Source: a virus. From it: DNA of 30,639 nt. Positions within the stretch are counted from its first letter, which is position 1; every line of letters starts with the position of its first letter. The translations under genes and the position numbers were made by a program. The notes under the pieces are model-generated. The model was not told the DNA's origin, searched no databases, and saw only the letters and a program-made list of their open reading frames with translations. Shown one piece after another: positions 12,786 through 21,264 of the stretch. The stretch is taken from positions 1 through 30,639 of IMG/VR virus record IMGVR_UViG_3300045988_023566; one strand, 5' to 3'.

Positions 12786-13055
12786 ATGGAAACCGTCAAA
12801 TACCTCACCACCATCATCAACCTCATCACACGCCAGCCGAAAATCGGCACCCTCCTCGACAAAGACGGAATCGACCCGAGAATTACCTACGGCCAAATCG
12901 GAATCAAAGACTACGACGCCCTCATCTACCTCTACGGCCTGTTGAACGTCCTCGAAGAAGTCAAAACCACACCAATCCATAAAATCGGCAACGGCATCGG
13001 ATACGACTTCACCATGACAGCGCCGATCACACTTCACTTCTTCTACTGGAAGTAA
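12786..13055 (+). CDS. Hypothetical protein (89 aa), a single-gene transcription unit
   Basis: SD caaaaggagcaaacaATG. METVKYLTTIINLITRQPKIGTLLDKDGIDPRITYGQIG... No motif recognised. Confidence 0.7.
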   Translation: METVKYLTTIINLITRQPKIGTLLDKDGIDPRITYGQIGIKDYDALIYLYGLLNVLEEVKTTPIHKIGNGIGYDFTMTAPITLHFFYWK

Positions 13056-13070
13056 CCCCAGAACATACAG

Positions 13071-13114
13071 AAACGCCCCGCAGTCGGCCGAACAAGCCGA
13101 ACACGGGGCGTTTT
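13071..13114. terminator. Bidirectional terminator between the convergent rightward and lysis gene sets
   Basis: AAACGCCCCG (13071-13080) pairs with CGGGGCGTTT (13104-13113), with an inner stem TCGGC/GCCGA. There is an A-run upstream and a T-run downstream. Confidence 0.75.
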
Positions 13115-13129
13115 ACATATCAAGGACGG

Positions 13130-13429
13130 TTAGCGGCTCACACCGGCATAATGCACGCCGAACAAGCCAGCCACACCGGAACCAACCAGCGCGCAAGCAC
13201 CACCGACCACGGCAACCCACGACGGGACACCCGGCACGGCACTCACAAGGCTCGCAACAGCACCGGCAATACCTACCAGTCCGGACACCAAATACGCCCA
13301 ACGACGCGTCTCAGCATCGAACGTCGGCACATAATTATCCGAACCGTCCGCACACTCATTCGTAATAGCGGTATCAACCGTCGGCTCACCAGTCAGCTCA
13401 TCATCAGCCAACACTGCATGCTTAGCCAT
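13130..13429 (-). CDS. Holin-like membrane protein (two C-terminal TM segments)
   Basis: SD aaaggattgtttATG, so start 13429 is preferred (the track start is 13444). WAYLVSGLVGIAGAVASLVSAV and SWVAVVGGACALVGSGVAGLFGV are hydrophobic. It lies directly downstream of the endolysin. Confidence 0.65.
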   Translation of the reverse strand: MAKHAVLADDELTGEPTVDTAITNECADGSDNYVPTFDAETRRWAYLVSGLVGIAGAVASLVSAVPGVPSWVAVVGGACALVGSGVAGLFGVHYAGVSR

Positions 13430-13444
13430 AAACAATCCTTTCAA

Positions 13445-14287
13445 TCAGTTGAAAATCCGGCCATCGTTAAGCCGCTTCTGGAACTCCTCCACGGCCATAC
13501 TCGGAACAGGACTGATAATACCATCACCTGGGAAACCGTTCATCTCCATCAGGAAACGGTGAATGAACTCCGGACCCGCATTACGCGGCCTATCCGTGAT
13601 ACCGAAACGATGCGACATCCACTCAACCCAATCACTGCCCGAAGTCCCCTCCTCCAAGCAGGCGATGTTCTGATTCTCCATACACCGGATCTGCCCGGAC
13701 ATGACACCATCCACAGACGTGCCGGCAACCTCCTGAGCACGACGCATCGTCAACGGACCCCAAGACCCATCAACCACAAGCTTGGTCACCGACTGCGTAG
13801 CCGGCTGGACAGGCACCGGATTCGACGGAGCCACCAAACCACGAGACAAACGATCCAACCGATCCAGATCATATGGTCCCGGACACTGCGTGTTATAACA
13901 ATCCCGGTGACGAATCAACGGCAGATCACCATACTCGGCACGCAAATCACGAATCAGCTGTGCCACGGTCAGATAATCACCATCGGACTGGCGTGGGTTA
14001 CATTCGATGCCGATACCCATGTCATTGCCCTTGGAGCGGACACCCACGCCGTCACCGGCATGCCAAGCACGATCATCAGGATCCACGATGCAAGCCACAC
14101 GGCCAGCCTCGACCACATAATGCGCGGAAGCGCCACGAGCCTTGCTGCACAGGGTATTGATGACCCCCTCGAACGTCGGATGCGTATTCGGATCACCCCA
14201 CCAGTGGATCACAATAGCTTTGATCCCATACGGGCGGCCGCTCGTATAATTCGGACTATCATACTTCGTAATGTATTCATATGACAT
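13445..14287 (-). CDS. Endolysin: N-acetylmuramoyl-L-alanine amidase (Amidase_2/PGRP) with a C-terminal PG_binding_1-like domain
   Basis: IKAIVIHWWGDPN...ASAHYVV...AWHAGD...GIECNP fits the Amidase_2 pattern. The C-terminal LVVDGSWGPLTMRRAQEVAGTSVDGVMSG resembles the DG..G..T..alQ peptidoglycan-binding repeat. Confidence 0.88.
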   Translation of the reverse strand: MSYEYITKYDSPNYTSGRPYGIKAIVIHWWGDPNTHPTFEGVINTLCSKARGASAHYVVEAGRVACIVDPDDRAWHAGDGVGVRSKGNDMGIGIECNPRQSDGDYLTVAQLIRDLRAEYGDLPLIRHRDCYNTQCPGPYDLDRLDRLSRGLVAPSNPVPVQPATQSVTKLVVDGSWGPLTMRRAQEVAGTSVDGVMSGQIRCMENQNIACLEEGTSGSDWVEWMSHRFGITDRPRNAGPEFIHRFLMEMNGFPGDGIISPVPSMAVEEFQKRLNDGRIFN

Positions 14288-14298
14288 TTTGTTTCCTT

Positions 14299-14490
14299 TC
14301 AGACAGTTAAAACATACCAGACAGTAAACAGAAAACGGGCGAAAGCCGGGATCCCGGTGACAAGCAGATAGCCAGCCACCACCATGACCCCAATAAGGAA
14401 CGACGACAAGAGGATCAACACGATATCCTCGATAGATTCACGACTCATGCCATTCATCCTACCAAACCACCATACGATAGACTTAGTCAT
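14299..14490 (-). CDS. Small two-TM membrane protein (holin/antiholin candidate), apparently leaderless
   Basis: MTKSIVWWFGRMNGMSRESIEDIVLILLSSFLIGVMVVAGYLLVTGIPAFARFLFTVWYVLTV. It is the first gene of the lysis cassette. G/T-ending codons match its minus-strand neighbours. Confidence 0.65.
   Translation of the reverse strand: MTKSIVWWFGRMNGMSRESIEDIVLILLSSFLIGVMVVAGYLLVTGIPAFARFLFTVWYVLTV
14478..14483 (+). promoter_or_regulatory. Candidate -10 (TAGACT) 7 nt upstream of ATG 14491
   Basis: TAGACTtagtcatATG has the same 7-nt spacing as the TATAAT-ATG pairs at 2247 and 30182. No SD is present. Confidence 0.35.
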
Positions 14491-14835
14491 ATGAATGATC
14501 TAATATCACCACTCCTCGGAATCATCGGCATAGCCATCGGAGGCACCATCACATGGGCCACCACACGACGCAACAACCTCACCACCGCCTACCAACACCT
14601 CGTCGAAGCACAAGGCGAACTCAAAAAACAAATAGACGCCCAAGACCAAAAAATAGACAAACTCATCGAAAGCCGAGACGAACTCCAACACGTCAACGAC
14701 CTCGAAACCGGCTATATACGCTCGCTAGGCCACTGGCTAGCCAAATTCTGTGAAGTGATCGACGGAGAATTCCTCACACGCCACCCCAAACCATCCCTGC
14801 CAGACGAGCTACGCGACCGCATCTGCCCACTCTAA
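14491..14835 (+). CDS. N-terminal TM plus coiled-coil protein, oppositely oriented inside the late/lysis region
   Basis: MNDLISPLLGIIGIAIGGTITWATT (TM), then AYQHLVEAQGELKKQIDAQDQKIDKLIESRDELQHVNDLE (coiled-coil-like). C/A-ending codon usage is typical of genuine plus-strand genes in this part of the genome. Confidence 0.7.
   Translation: MNDLISPLLGIIGIAIGGTITWATTRRNNLTTAYQHLVEAQGELKKQIDAQDQKIDKLIESRDELQHVNDLETGYIRSLGHWLAKFCEVIDGEFLTRHPKPSLPDELRDRICPL
14500..14508 (-). promoter_or_regulatory. Candidate lysis-cassette promoter, extended -10 TGATATTAG on the minus strand
   Basis: The minus strand reads gTGaTATTAGatcattcatATG. The hexamer ends 9 nt before ATG 14490. The box lies inside the first codons of the divergent gene 14491..14835. 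Confidence 0.45.
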
Positions 14836-14848
14836 CCCCACACCATAC

Positions 14849-14877
14849 AAAAAAGCCCCGGCAACCAACCGGGGCTT
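14849..14877 (-). terminator. Terminator of the late operon (also serves convergent gene 14491..14835)
   Basis: AAGCCCCGG-caaccaa-CCGGGGCTT (9-bp stem). On the minus strand it is followed by TTTTTT (the + strand A-run at 14849-14854). Confidence 0.8.
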
Positions 14878-14883
14878 CCTATA

Positions 14884-15789
14884 TCAGACAGGCCACGAAA
14901 AAGCCGCGGATATCCACGACCCAGTACCATACGTGACGTCTGCAGTAGGACGCACATACAAGCCAGACGGATCCAACTGAAAAGCAGAATGGTCCGCACC
15001 AACTGCAGCAATATTAATATCAATAAGCTTCGGCTTCAAAAAATCAGGGAACGTAAAGATCTGGCTCTTATCCCACGCTTTAGCCTTCCACTCAGGACCT
15101 CGGACAGCCTTAATAGACAAAGTTGCGACATTACCAGAAAGAGCACACTTGTAGGTAGTACCAGGCCAATCCTTAAGCCATTGGCCGGGTATCAATTGAA
15201 TATCATCCACGCGATGCCAAGAACCGTTAATAACCTTATACCGCCCGCCATCTGATTCCGCGATCGCCTCCTGTCCGTTCATAGCCGCTATATCAGACAC
15301 CCACGCCGCGTCCTTGACATAAAGCAAGGAACTTTGATTAATCCGCGTCGCCACATCCCCAATGACACCAGCATTAACATGAGCGAGCACCAGTCCGGGA
15401 ATATCCTTATCCGCGACGCTGATCGAAAACGCTTGGAGTAAACCGCGAGGAACATCACCATGCCCTTGGCTCGGATCTTCCAACGTGATGGCAATCTTAT
15501 ACCTGCCAGTCAAATCCGGAATGTCCACACTAATGGGCTCAGTAACAGCATAAGTGTAAACGCCTACACCAGTCCACGGAGCGATAACCCCGCAATGAGG
15601 AAGAACGCTAACCGTCAACCCCTCCAACGAACACATCGGAGAAACAACACCAGCACGCACCCCCTGAATACAATGAAAAGAAGTAGCATTTGACGGGAAA
15701 ATAAAAGGATTGACAGCATGCCGGTAATCATCAGCCGTATAAACCGGTGACCCATCCAAAGCAGTCAAAGGATGCATAACAATACTCAT
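14884..15789 (-). CDS. Distal tail fibre / receptor-binding protein candidate
   Basis: 301-aa ORF, last gene of the tail module. The call is from position only; no motif recognised. Confidence 0.5.
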   Translation of the reverse strand: MSIVMHPLTALDGSPVYTADDYRHAVNPFIFPSNATSFHCIQGVRAGVVSPMCSLEGLTVSVLPHCGVIAPWTGVGVYTYAVTEPISVDIPDLTGRYKIAITLEDPSQGHGDVPRGLLQAFSISVADKDIPGLVLAHVNAGVIGDVATRINQSSLLYVKDAAWVSDIAAMNGQEAIAESDGGRYKVINGSWHRVDDIQLIPGQWLKDWPGTTYKCALSGNVATLSIKAVRGPEWKAKAWDKSQIFTFPDFLKPKLIDINIAAVGADHSAFQLDPSGLYVRPTADVTYGTGSWISAAFSWPV

Positions 15790-15792
15790 AAA

Positions 15793-16482
15793 CTACTCTC
15801 CAACAGTAGATTTCTTAACGGAGGTCTCCTCTATTTTACCAATCTTCGTGGAAAGCTCCTCAACGACAGCCTTAAGCTCATCTACTTCATCCATAGCCTG
15901 TTGAGCCAGCCGTAAAGCAGCCACGCTCAACTTCGAATAATCAATACCGGTCGGATTCCCATCCACGTCATACTCGCAGAAAAACCCAAGCCCCGCATTG
16001 TCCAAATCTTCCGCCAACAAGCCGACGACCGGCTGCGCGTCATCAAGCCTCAGATTCAGATCATCCTTCAACCAATACACTCGCCATTTCACACGACGAA
16101 GAGCATCAACCGGGATGAACTCGTCAGCATCACCGACATTCACGACCGAATACACCGACGAACAGTCAACCCCCAACATACCATCAGAAAGAGCATAAAC
16201 CAGCTTCCGAGGAGCCAACGAAAGCGGATTATCAAACACGTTACGAACACCGGTACCACCATGAGCCGGCACCACCACCGCATTCGTCTCGCCAGCATCA
16301 GCCTGACTCTGCTCACTGGTCAACGATTCGAAAACCTTCTCGACACCGGAAACCCGCTCACCCAATCGGCTGACACTCTTACCACCACTCGCCGTCAACT
16401 CCTGCAGTTGACGGCGAACATCCGCAAACTGCCGAGCGGTAGCATCCACCCCATCCAACGAAAACCTAAACTTGCCTTGCAT
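15793..16482 (-). CDS. Tail fibre protein with a C-terminal domain resembling the Peptidase_S74 intramolecular chaperone
   Basis: SD GGGAGGtcatggATG, so start 16482 is preferred (track start 16521). The C-terminus GLLAEDLDNAGLGFFCEYDVDGNPTGIDYSKLSVAALRLAQQAMDEVDELKAVVEEL resembles the S74 pattern (G.iAqe.......v......g....vdY..l....i.A.qeL...l..L). I could not see the canonical SD..(R)..K dyad. Confidence 0.5.
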   Translation of the reverse strand: MQGKFRFSLDGVDATARQFADVRRQLQELTASGGKSVSRLGERVSGVEKVFESLTSEQSQADAGETNAVVVPAHGGTGVRNVFDNPLSLAPRKLVYALSDGMLGVDCSSVYSVVNVGDADEFIPVDALRRVKWRVYWLKDDLNLRLDDAQPVVGLLAEDLDNAGLGFFCEYDVDGNPTGIDYSKLSVAALRLAQQAMDEVDELKAVVEELSTKIGKIEETSVKKSTVGE

Positions 16483-16493
16483 CCATGACCTCC

Positions 16494-17600
16494 CTACTGC
16501 ACCACAGGCGTAATAGTCCACACGCCACTAAAATCAATATCATATCCAACAACGCGCGCCTTACCATGGTCAAAACCATTGAAACGCCCGCTATCATCAG
16601 CGATAGTCCACGCGATCATATCACCGGGCTCCCATTCCTTATAAACGACCGGTGCTGCCATTAGACTCAACGTTATACTAACAGTATTCGTACCATCCTG
16701 AATCTGCCGTAACCTTGACAAAGCATGAGCGTTCAACGTTTCCTTCTGTGTGATACTCGACGACGGCCGGACTACATACTCCACGATCGGCCGAGAAGAC
16801 TGTTCCGCCACCATAACATCAGAACGCAATTGATCTTCACCCGTTGAAGCGCCCGCCGCCGTGACCATGTTCGCACCATAGCCGGAAGTATAATCTTCCA
16901 CAACCTTAAAAGACGTCATCACGCTCTCATCAAACGTCGTGACAGGATTACTGGACCCTATCCGATCCGCAATCGTCAAAACCGGAACATACCGTCCTCC
17001 CGATACACGCCATGACGTACACCATTCCGGACCGTCCTGTACATTCGAAAGCTCTTGGAGAGCACTCAGTAAAGTCTTATCCGAAGACTCCTCATACGTC
17101 CTATCACGACGAATACTACTAGCCGCCGTATCCACCTCAATCATGAACCTGTGATCTTTAAGCGTATTCGCCACGAGATCCTTCACGATCTCGCACTGGT
17201 CACGATTCGAATACACGTGATCCCGTACGTACACGCTATCAAAATAATGTTCGATACTTGCCAACGTGAGCGTCAAACCCTCACCTTGCAATGTCCGCTC
17301 GCGTTTAACGATGATACCACCCCACAAAACAGTCGAGCCACGTACCAAAAGAACAGCCACCCCATACGGGATCGTAGCCTCATCCCAATTAGACGGGATA
17401 TTCCGCCACGGAAGCATCATCGTTTCGCTCGTCGTTTCTTCAAGACGATACGAAAGCTTGGACACATGCAAGTCCGGAAATTCCGCCAATACAATTCCAC
17501 TAGTCAAAGACACAGCGAAGAATTGTAAACTGTCAGTATCCCACAAGACACGTTGGCTATCCAGACGCGGCGAACCAAACCATTTACCAGAAACACTCAT
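16494..17600 (-). CDS. Tail-associated (Tal / baseplate hub-like) protein
   Basis: 368-aa ORF immediately after the Dit-position gene. Call from synteny (TMP-Dit-Tal). Confidence 0.5.
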   Translation of the reverse strand: MSVSGKWFGSPRLDSQRVLWDTDSLQFFAVSLTSGIVLAEFPDLHVSKLSYRLEETTSETMMLPWRNIPSNWDEATIPYGVAVLLVRGSTVLWGGIIVKRERTLQGEGLTLTLASIEHYFDSVYVRDHVYSNRDQCEIVKDLVANTLKDHRFMIEVDTAASSIRRDRTYEESSDKTLLSALQELSNVQDGPEWCTSWRVSGGRYVPVLTIADRIGSSNPVTTFDESVMTSFKVVEDYTSGYGANMVTAAGASTGEDQLRSDVMVAEQSSRPIVEYVVRPSSSITQKETLNAHALSRLRQIQDGTNTVSITLSLMAAPVVYKEWEPGDMIAWTIADDSGRFNGFDHGKARVVGYDIDFSGVWTITPVVQ

Positions 17601-17609
17601 AACGACTCC

Positions 17610-18509
17610 CTACATGTAAGCTGGATAAAACGAAACCGTCATACGCGCATTATCCGAATAAGCGTCCGCGGTGAAACGCCACTCATTGGCACCGGGTACC
17701 GCGTGGCCGAACTCACGTCGGGAAACATAAGCGTGCGCTGGATTCTTACCGTCAATCAAGATCTCATGAGTCACCCCATTAACAGTCGCGTAATGGCCGA
17801 GACCAAGCGCCGTGTTAAAAGATACGATATGACCACTCTCCACATGCAACACTTGAGGATCCCAGACAGGACCATCGATACGAATGAATGTGGGAGCGGG
17901 AGAGTTTCCCGTATTCGTCAACCGTACTCGACCGGATGTAACCTTCTCACTCCACATCCACAACGATGAGACATCATCCTGTAGCGAAGGGTTCCCAAAA
18001 TGGGAAGGGAAGACCATACCACCCGACGAACTCGGCAGTCCCGTAACACCGGACACCGAATCCAACCCATACAAGTACGGACTCAAAGACGTCAATCCAA
18101 CACTGAAACGGAGCACGTTCACCCCAGCCCATTTGACCAACGGGACGGAACCTGACTGCCATACCTGCACCTGACGGCCGATATCCCCCAATCGTGCGGT
18201 CAACGTCATCCCGTCAAGGCTTAGAATGCTTTTAAACGCGTTCCATGACGTGATGCATGATTCCGTACATCGGCCGATGATATGCCCCTCGATCGTGATG
18301 GTCCGGCCTCCCAAACGGGGCAAATTCCCATACCAGCCATTGGTCATGGCCTTCTCGCTCGTTTTCAACGTGGACGCGACACCATCGAACAAGCCAGACA
18401 CGTCCTGAAAAGTCACATGCCATTCACAACCGGTATCATCCACCCCATAAAGAGGGAAACCACCCAACGTCAACTGGAGATCACGAGGATCGGTAAGAAA
18501 CATACTCAT
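17610..18509 (-). CDS. Distal tail protein (Dit)
   Basis: 299-aa ORF immediately downstream of the tape measure gene. Call from synteny. Confidence 0.55.
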   Translation of the reverse strand: MSMFLTDPRDLQLTLGGFPLYGVDDTGCEWHVTFQDVSGLFDGVASTLKTSEKAMTNGWYGNLPRLGGRTITIEGHIIGRCTESCITSWNAFKSILSLDGMTLTARLGDIGRQVQVWQSGSVPLVKWAGVNVLRFSVGLTSLSPYLYGLDSVSGVTGLPSSSGGMVFPSHFGNPSLQDDVSSLWMWSEKVTSGRVRLTNTGNSPAPTFIRIDGPVWDPQVLHVESGHIVSFNTALGLGHYATVNGVTHEILIDGKNPAHAYVSRREFGHAVPGANEWRFTADAYSDNARMTVSFYPAYM

Positions 18510-18527
18510 AAACCCATCATATCCTTA

Positions 18528-20576
18528 TCACACGTAGCAGAAATTAATCATTCGAACCGTTTCACGGGCAGCCATCGTCGGATCGGAAGCATTCACGGTA
18601 ATCGGAGCGGACACGCGAGGACCATTATTGTCAGACAACACCACCGGAGAGGACATTCCACCCGAAACAGGATTCATAAGGGAAGAAGGAAGCAAACTGG
18701 ACACCATGCTCTGCACCGGTTGGACCGCCAACTTCTCATTCATCGTCACACCGACACCCAAACCGGCCGGGATCATCTTACCAACCTCATCACGGAACAC
18801 ACGGGACGGGGAATGAATGCCAAGCGCGCTCTTAGCCGCGTTGACGATACTGGACGCCGCTCCCTTGACAGCCGCTACCGCATTACCGATGGCACCCTTG
18901 ATGCCGTTGATCAAACCTTGGATGATATTACGACCAGCCGAAGCCAGCCAAGAGCCCGCGCCACTGAACGCGCCCTTGATCTTACCGCCGATGCCACTGA
19001 CCGTGTTCACCACGCTGTTGACACCGTTACGGACCGCACCGGTAATACCATTCCACGCGCTGGATGCCAATCCCTTGACCGCATTCCATAAACCGGACCA
19101 GACGGTATTGATAGTCCCCGAAACAGTCGAGATGACACCGGATATGGCGTTCGCACCGGCCGACACGACCGATTTGATACCATTCCACACGGTCGAGACA
19201 AGATTGCCGATACCAGCCCATACGCCATCCCAATCGCCTTGCACGGCCGCCAAGACCGTGGTAATGATCGCGTTGATGACGTTCATCACCGTCGTGATCA
19301 CCGTCTGAATATACGGGAACACCGCGTCGATGACCCCCTGAATGGTTGACGCGACCGTCGTGAACGCAGCCTGAATGGTTGGCAGTACGGCCTGCACTAC
19401 CGCGGCTATGTTGTTAATGACCGGCGTGACAGTGGTCATGATCGTAACCCCAACCTCGGTAAGCTTCGCGACCAGTGAACCTAACACCGGTGTAAACGCT
19501 TGGAAAGCGGCATCCAATACCGGCATGATCGCAGAACCCAGATTCTGACAGGCTTGCATGAACGGCTGCAAGGCGGGTAACAGTTGACCGGACACGATCT
19601 TACCGACCGGAGCAAACGACGACTGGAACACGTTCCCGATCTGCTGTAAGGCCGGCCCGGCCGACGACACGAGCCCCTTGAACATTGCCGGCAGACCGCC
19701 GATCTCCTCGGCGAGAACACTCATGCCTTCGGTCAACGGGCCTTTGAACGAGTCCAAGATTTGCACGCCCACATTCACGACGGAAGCTTCCAGATTGCCC
19801 ATGGCACCCTCGATGGTTTGGGTGCTCGTGGCCGCTTCCTTCGCCGCGTCCGTCATACCCAAGTCCATGACGGCCTTATTGAATTCCTCAGCGGTGATCT
19901 CGCCTTTGGCCATCGCGTCACGGAAGTCACCCGTGTACGCGCCGTTCTTGAGCATGGCTTCCTGAAGCTTGCCTGACGCGCCCGGGATAGCATCACTCAG
20001 CTGGTTCCAGTTTTCGGTCGTGAGCTTGCCAGCACCGGCCGTCTGAGTCAATACCATGCCAACCGATCTGAACGTGTCCGCGTTACCGCCAGCGACGGCG
20101 TTCAGGTTACCGGCCGCTTCGGCTAGGTTTGCGTAATTGTCGACGCCGTTCGCAGCCAACTGGGCGGTCGTGTTACGAATGTCTGACAGGTCGTACACTG
20201 TCTGGTCGGCATACTTTTGCGTCGAAGCGGTCAACTGGTCGATAGTGCTCGTGTCCAAGCCGGCGAAACTCAGCGTGCTCGCGAACTTTTGCGCGCTGTC
20301 GGAAGCTTCGATGATATCACCGCTAAGATCCGAGATAGCGTCCACGGCCATGCTGATACCGGTGGAGACCAAGCCTCCCATGGTACCGGCGATGGCAGCG
20401 AATTTACCGGTACCACCGGAAGCTTTGGTGGCCGACTTGTCGATCTGGTCCATGCTTTCGCCAGCTTGGCGTGAGGACTGTTCTATTTGCCGGCTACCGG
20501 ACTGGATGGTCTTAACACCGGCTTCCCAATCCGAAGTGTTGATTTCAGCGTCGAGAATGAGTGTGCTGTCAGCCAT
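18528..20576 (-). CDS. Tape measure protein
   Basis: 682 aa and the longest tail gene. It is Ala/Gly/Val/Ser/Thr-rich with helical repeats (..VWNGIKSVVSAGANAISGVISTVSGTINTVWSGLWNAVKGLASSAWNGITGAV..). It lies downstream of the chaperone pair. Confidence 0.9.
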   Translation of the reverse strand: MADSTLILDAEINTSDWEAGVKTIQSGSRQIEQSSRQAGESMDQIDKSATKASGGTGKFAAIAGTMGGLVSTGISMAVDAISDLSGDIIEASDSAQKFASTLSFAGLDTSTIDQLTASTQKYADQTVYDLSDIRNTTAQLAANGVDNYANLAEAAGNLNAVAGGNADTFRSVGMVLTQTAGAGKLTTENWNQLSDAIPGASGKLQEAMLKNGAYTGDFRDAMAKGEITAEEFNKAVMDLGMTDAAKEAATSTQTIEGAMGNLEASVVNVGVQILDSFKGPLTEGMSVLAEEIGGLPAMFKGLVSSAGPALQQIGNVFQSSFAPVGKIVSGQLLPALQPFMQACQNLGSAIMPVLDAAFQAFTPVLGSLVAKLTEVGVTIMTTVTPVINNIAAVVQAVLPTIQAAFTTVASTIQGVIDAVFPYIQTVITTVMNVINAIITTVLAAVQGDWDGVWAGIGNLVSTVWNGIKSVVSAGANAISGVISTVSGTINTVWSGLWNAVKGLASSAWNGITGAVRNGVNSVVNTVSGIGGKIKGAFSGAGSWLASAGRNIIQGLINGIKGAIGNAVAAVKGAASSIVNAAKSALGIHSPSRVFRDEVGKMIPAGLGVGVTMNEKLAVQPVQSMVSSLLPSSLMNPVSGGMSSPVVLSDNNGPRVSAPITVNASDPTMAARETVRMINFCYV

Positions 20577-20578
20577 GT

Positions 20579-20959
20579 TTAGTCCTTTCCTAGTTCGGTT
20601 ATGATGCGACTGATTTTTTGGTCTCCGTGTTTAGTGAATGCGGCGGTCAAGCATTCGAAGGTTAACCTGTATTGTTCGGCTAGGTGGACTTGGTGGAGGT
20701 GGCGGCCTTCTTTGATCAGGGCGATCATGAGGTCTGGTGCCAGCCTGTTTTCCAGTGCATCGTGGATGGCCTCCCACCCGTAGAGGTCGCCGAGTTCGGC
20801 GAGAATGCGGATGCTAGTAGGGGAATGTTGTGTCGTTTCCTGTTGCTTGTAGGCTTGCATCCGCTGTCGTTCGGCGGGGGTGAGGAGGCTATCCCATGAA
20901 CGCATGTTGATTGTCAGCCTTTGATGTCGAGGGCGAGGTTTTTGGCCATGGGCTTGCAT
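20579..20959 (-). CDS. Tail assembly chaperone, T-like ORF in the -1 frame relative to the upstream G-like ORF
   Basis: It overlaps 20914..21264. The -1 frame is open from 20992. This is the conserved position between the major tail and tape measure genes. Confidence 0.6.
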   Translation of the reverse strand: MQAHGQKPRPRHQRLTINMRSWDSLLTPAERQRMQAYKQQETTQHSPTSIRILAELGDLYGWEAIHDALENRLAPDLMIALIKEGRHLHQVHLAEQYRLTFECLTAAFTKHGDQKISRIITELGKD

Positions 20960-21264
20960 AGTGCGGTCATTGCTCGTATGTAGGCGAGGTCGCTACGCTG
21001 TTTCGTCTGTTGTGCCCATTCGTGGAAAGCATTGTTGGGGCTCATGAGCGATTCGACGAGTGGGAAGATGATTTCCGTTGCGGTGGCGAGCGTTTCCTCG
21101 GTCATTCGGCCGTTGGCTAGCTTGTCGAGTGCTTCGGCATGGTCGAGGATGGTGAGCATGTCCTTCGAGCCGAGGGGACGCATGGTGTAGATGACGCCGT
21201 CAAGTTTGACAGTGAGGGTACGGAAAGACTTGCGAGTGTCGATGTTCAGGATCGGTGCAGTCAT
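20914..21264 (-). CDS. Tail assembly chaperone (G-like)
   Basis: SD aaaggagcaccaATG, so start 21264 (MTAPILNIDTRK...) is preferred to the track start at 21339. Call from position. Confidence 0.65.
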   Translation of the reverse strand: MTAPILNIDTRKSFRTLTVKLDGVIYTMRPLGSKDMLTILDHAEALDKLANGRMTEETLATATEIIFPLVESLMSPNNAFHEWAQQTKQRSDLAYIRAMTALCKPMAKNLALDIKG

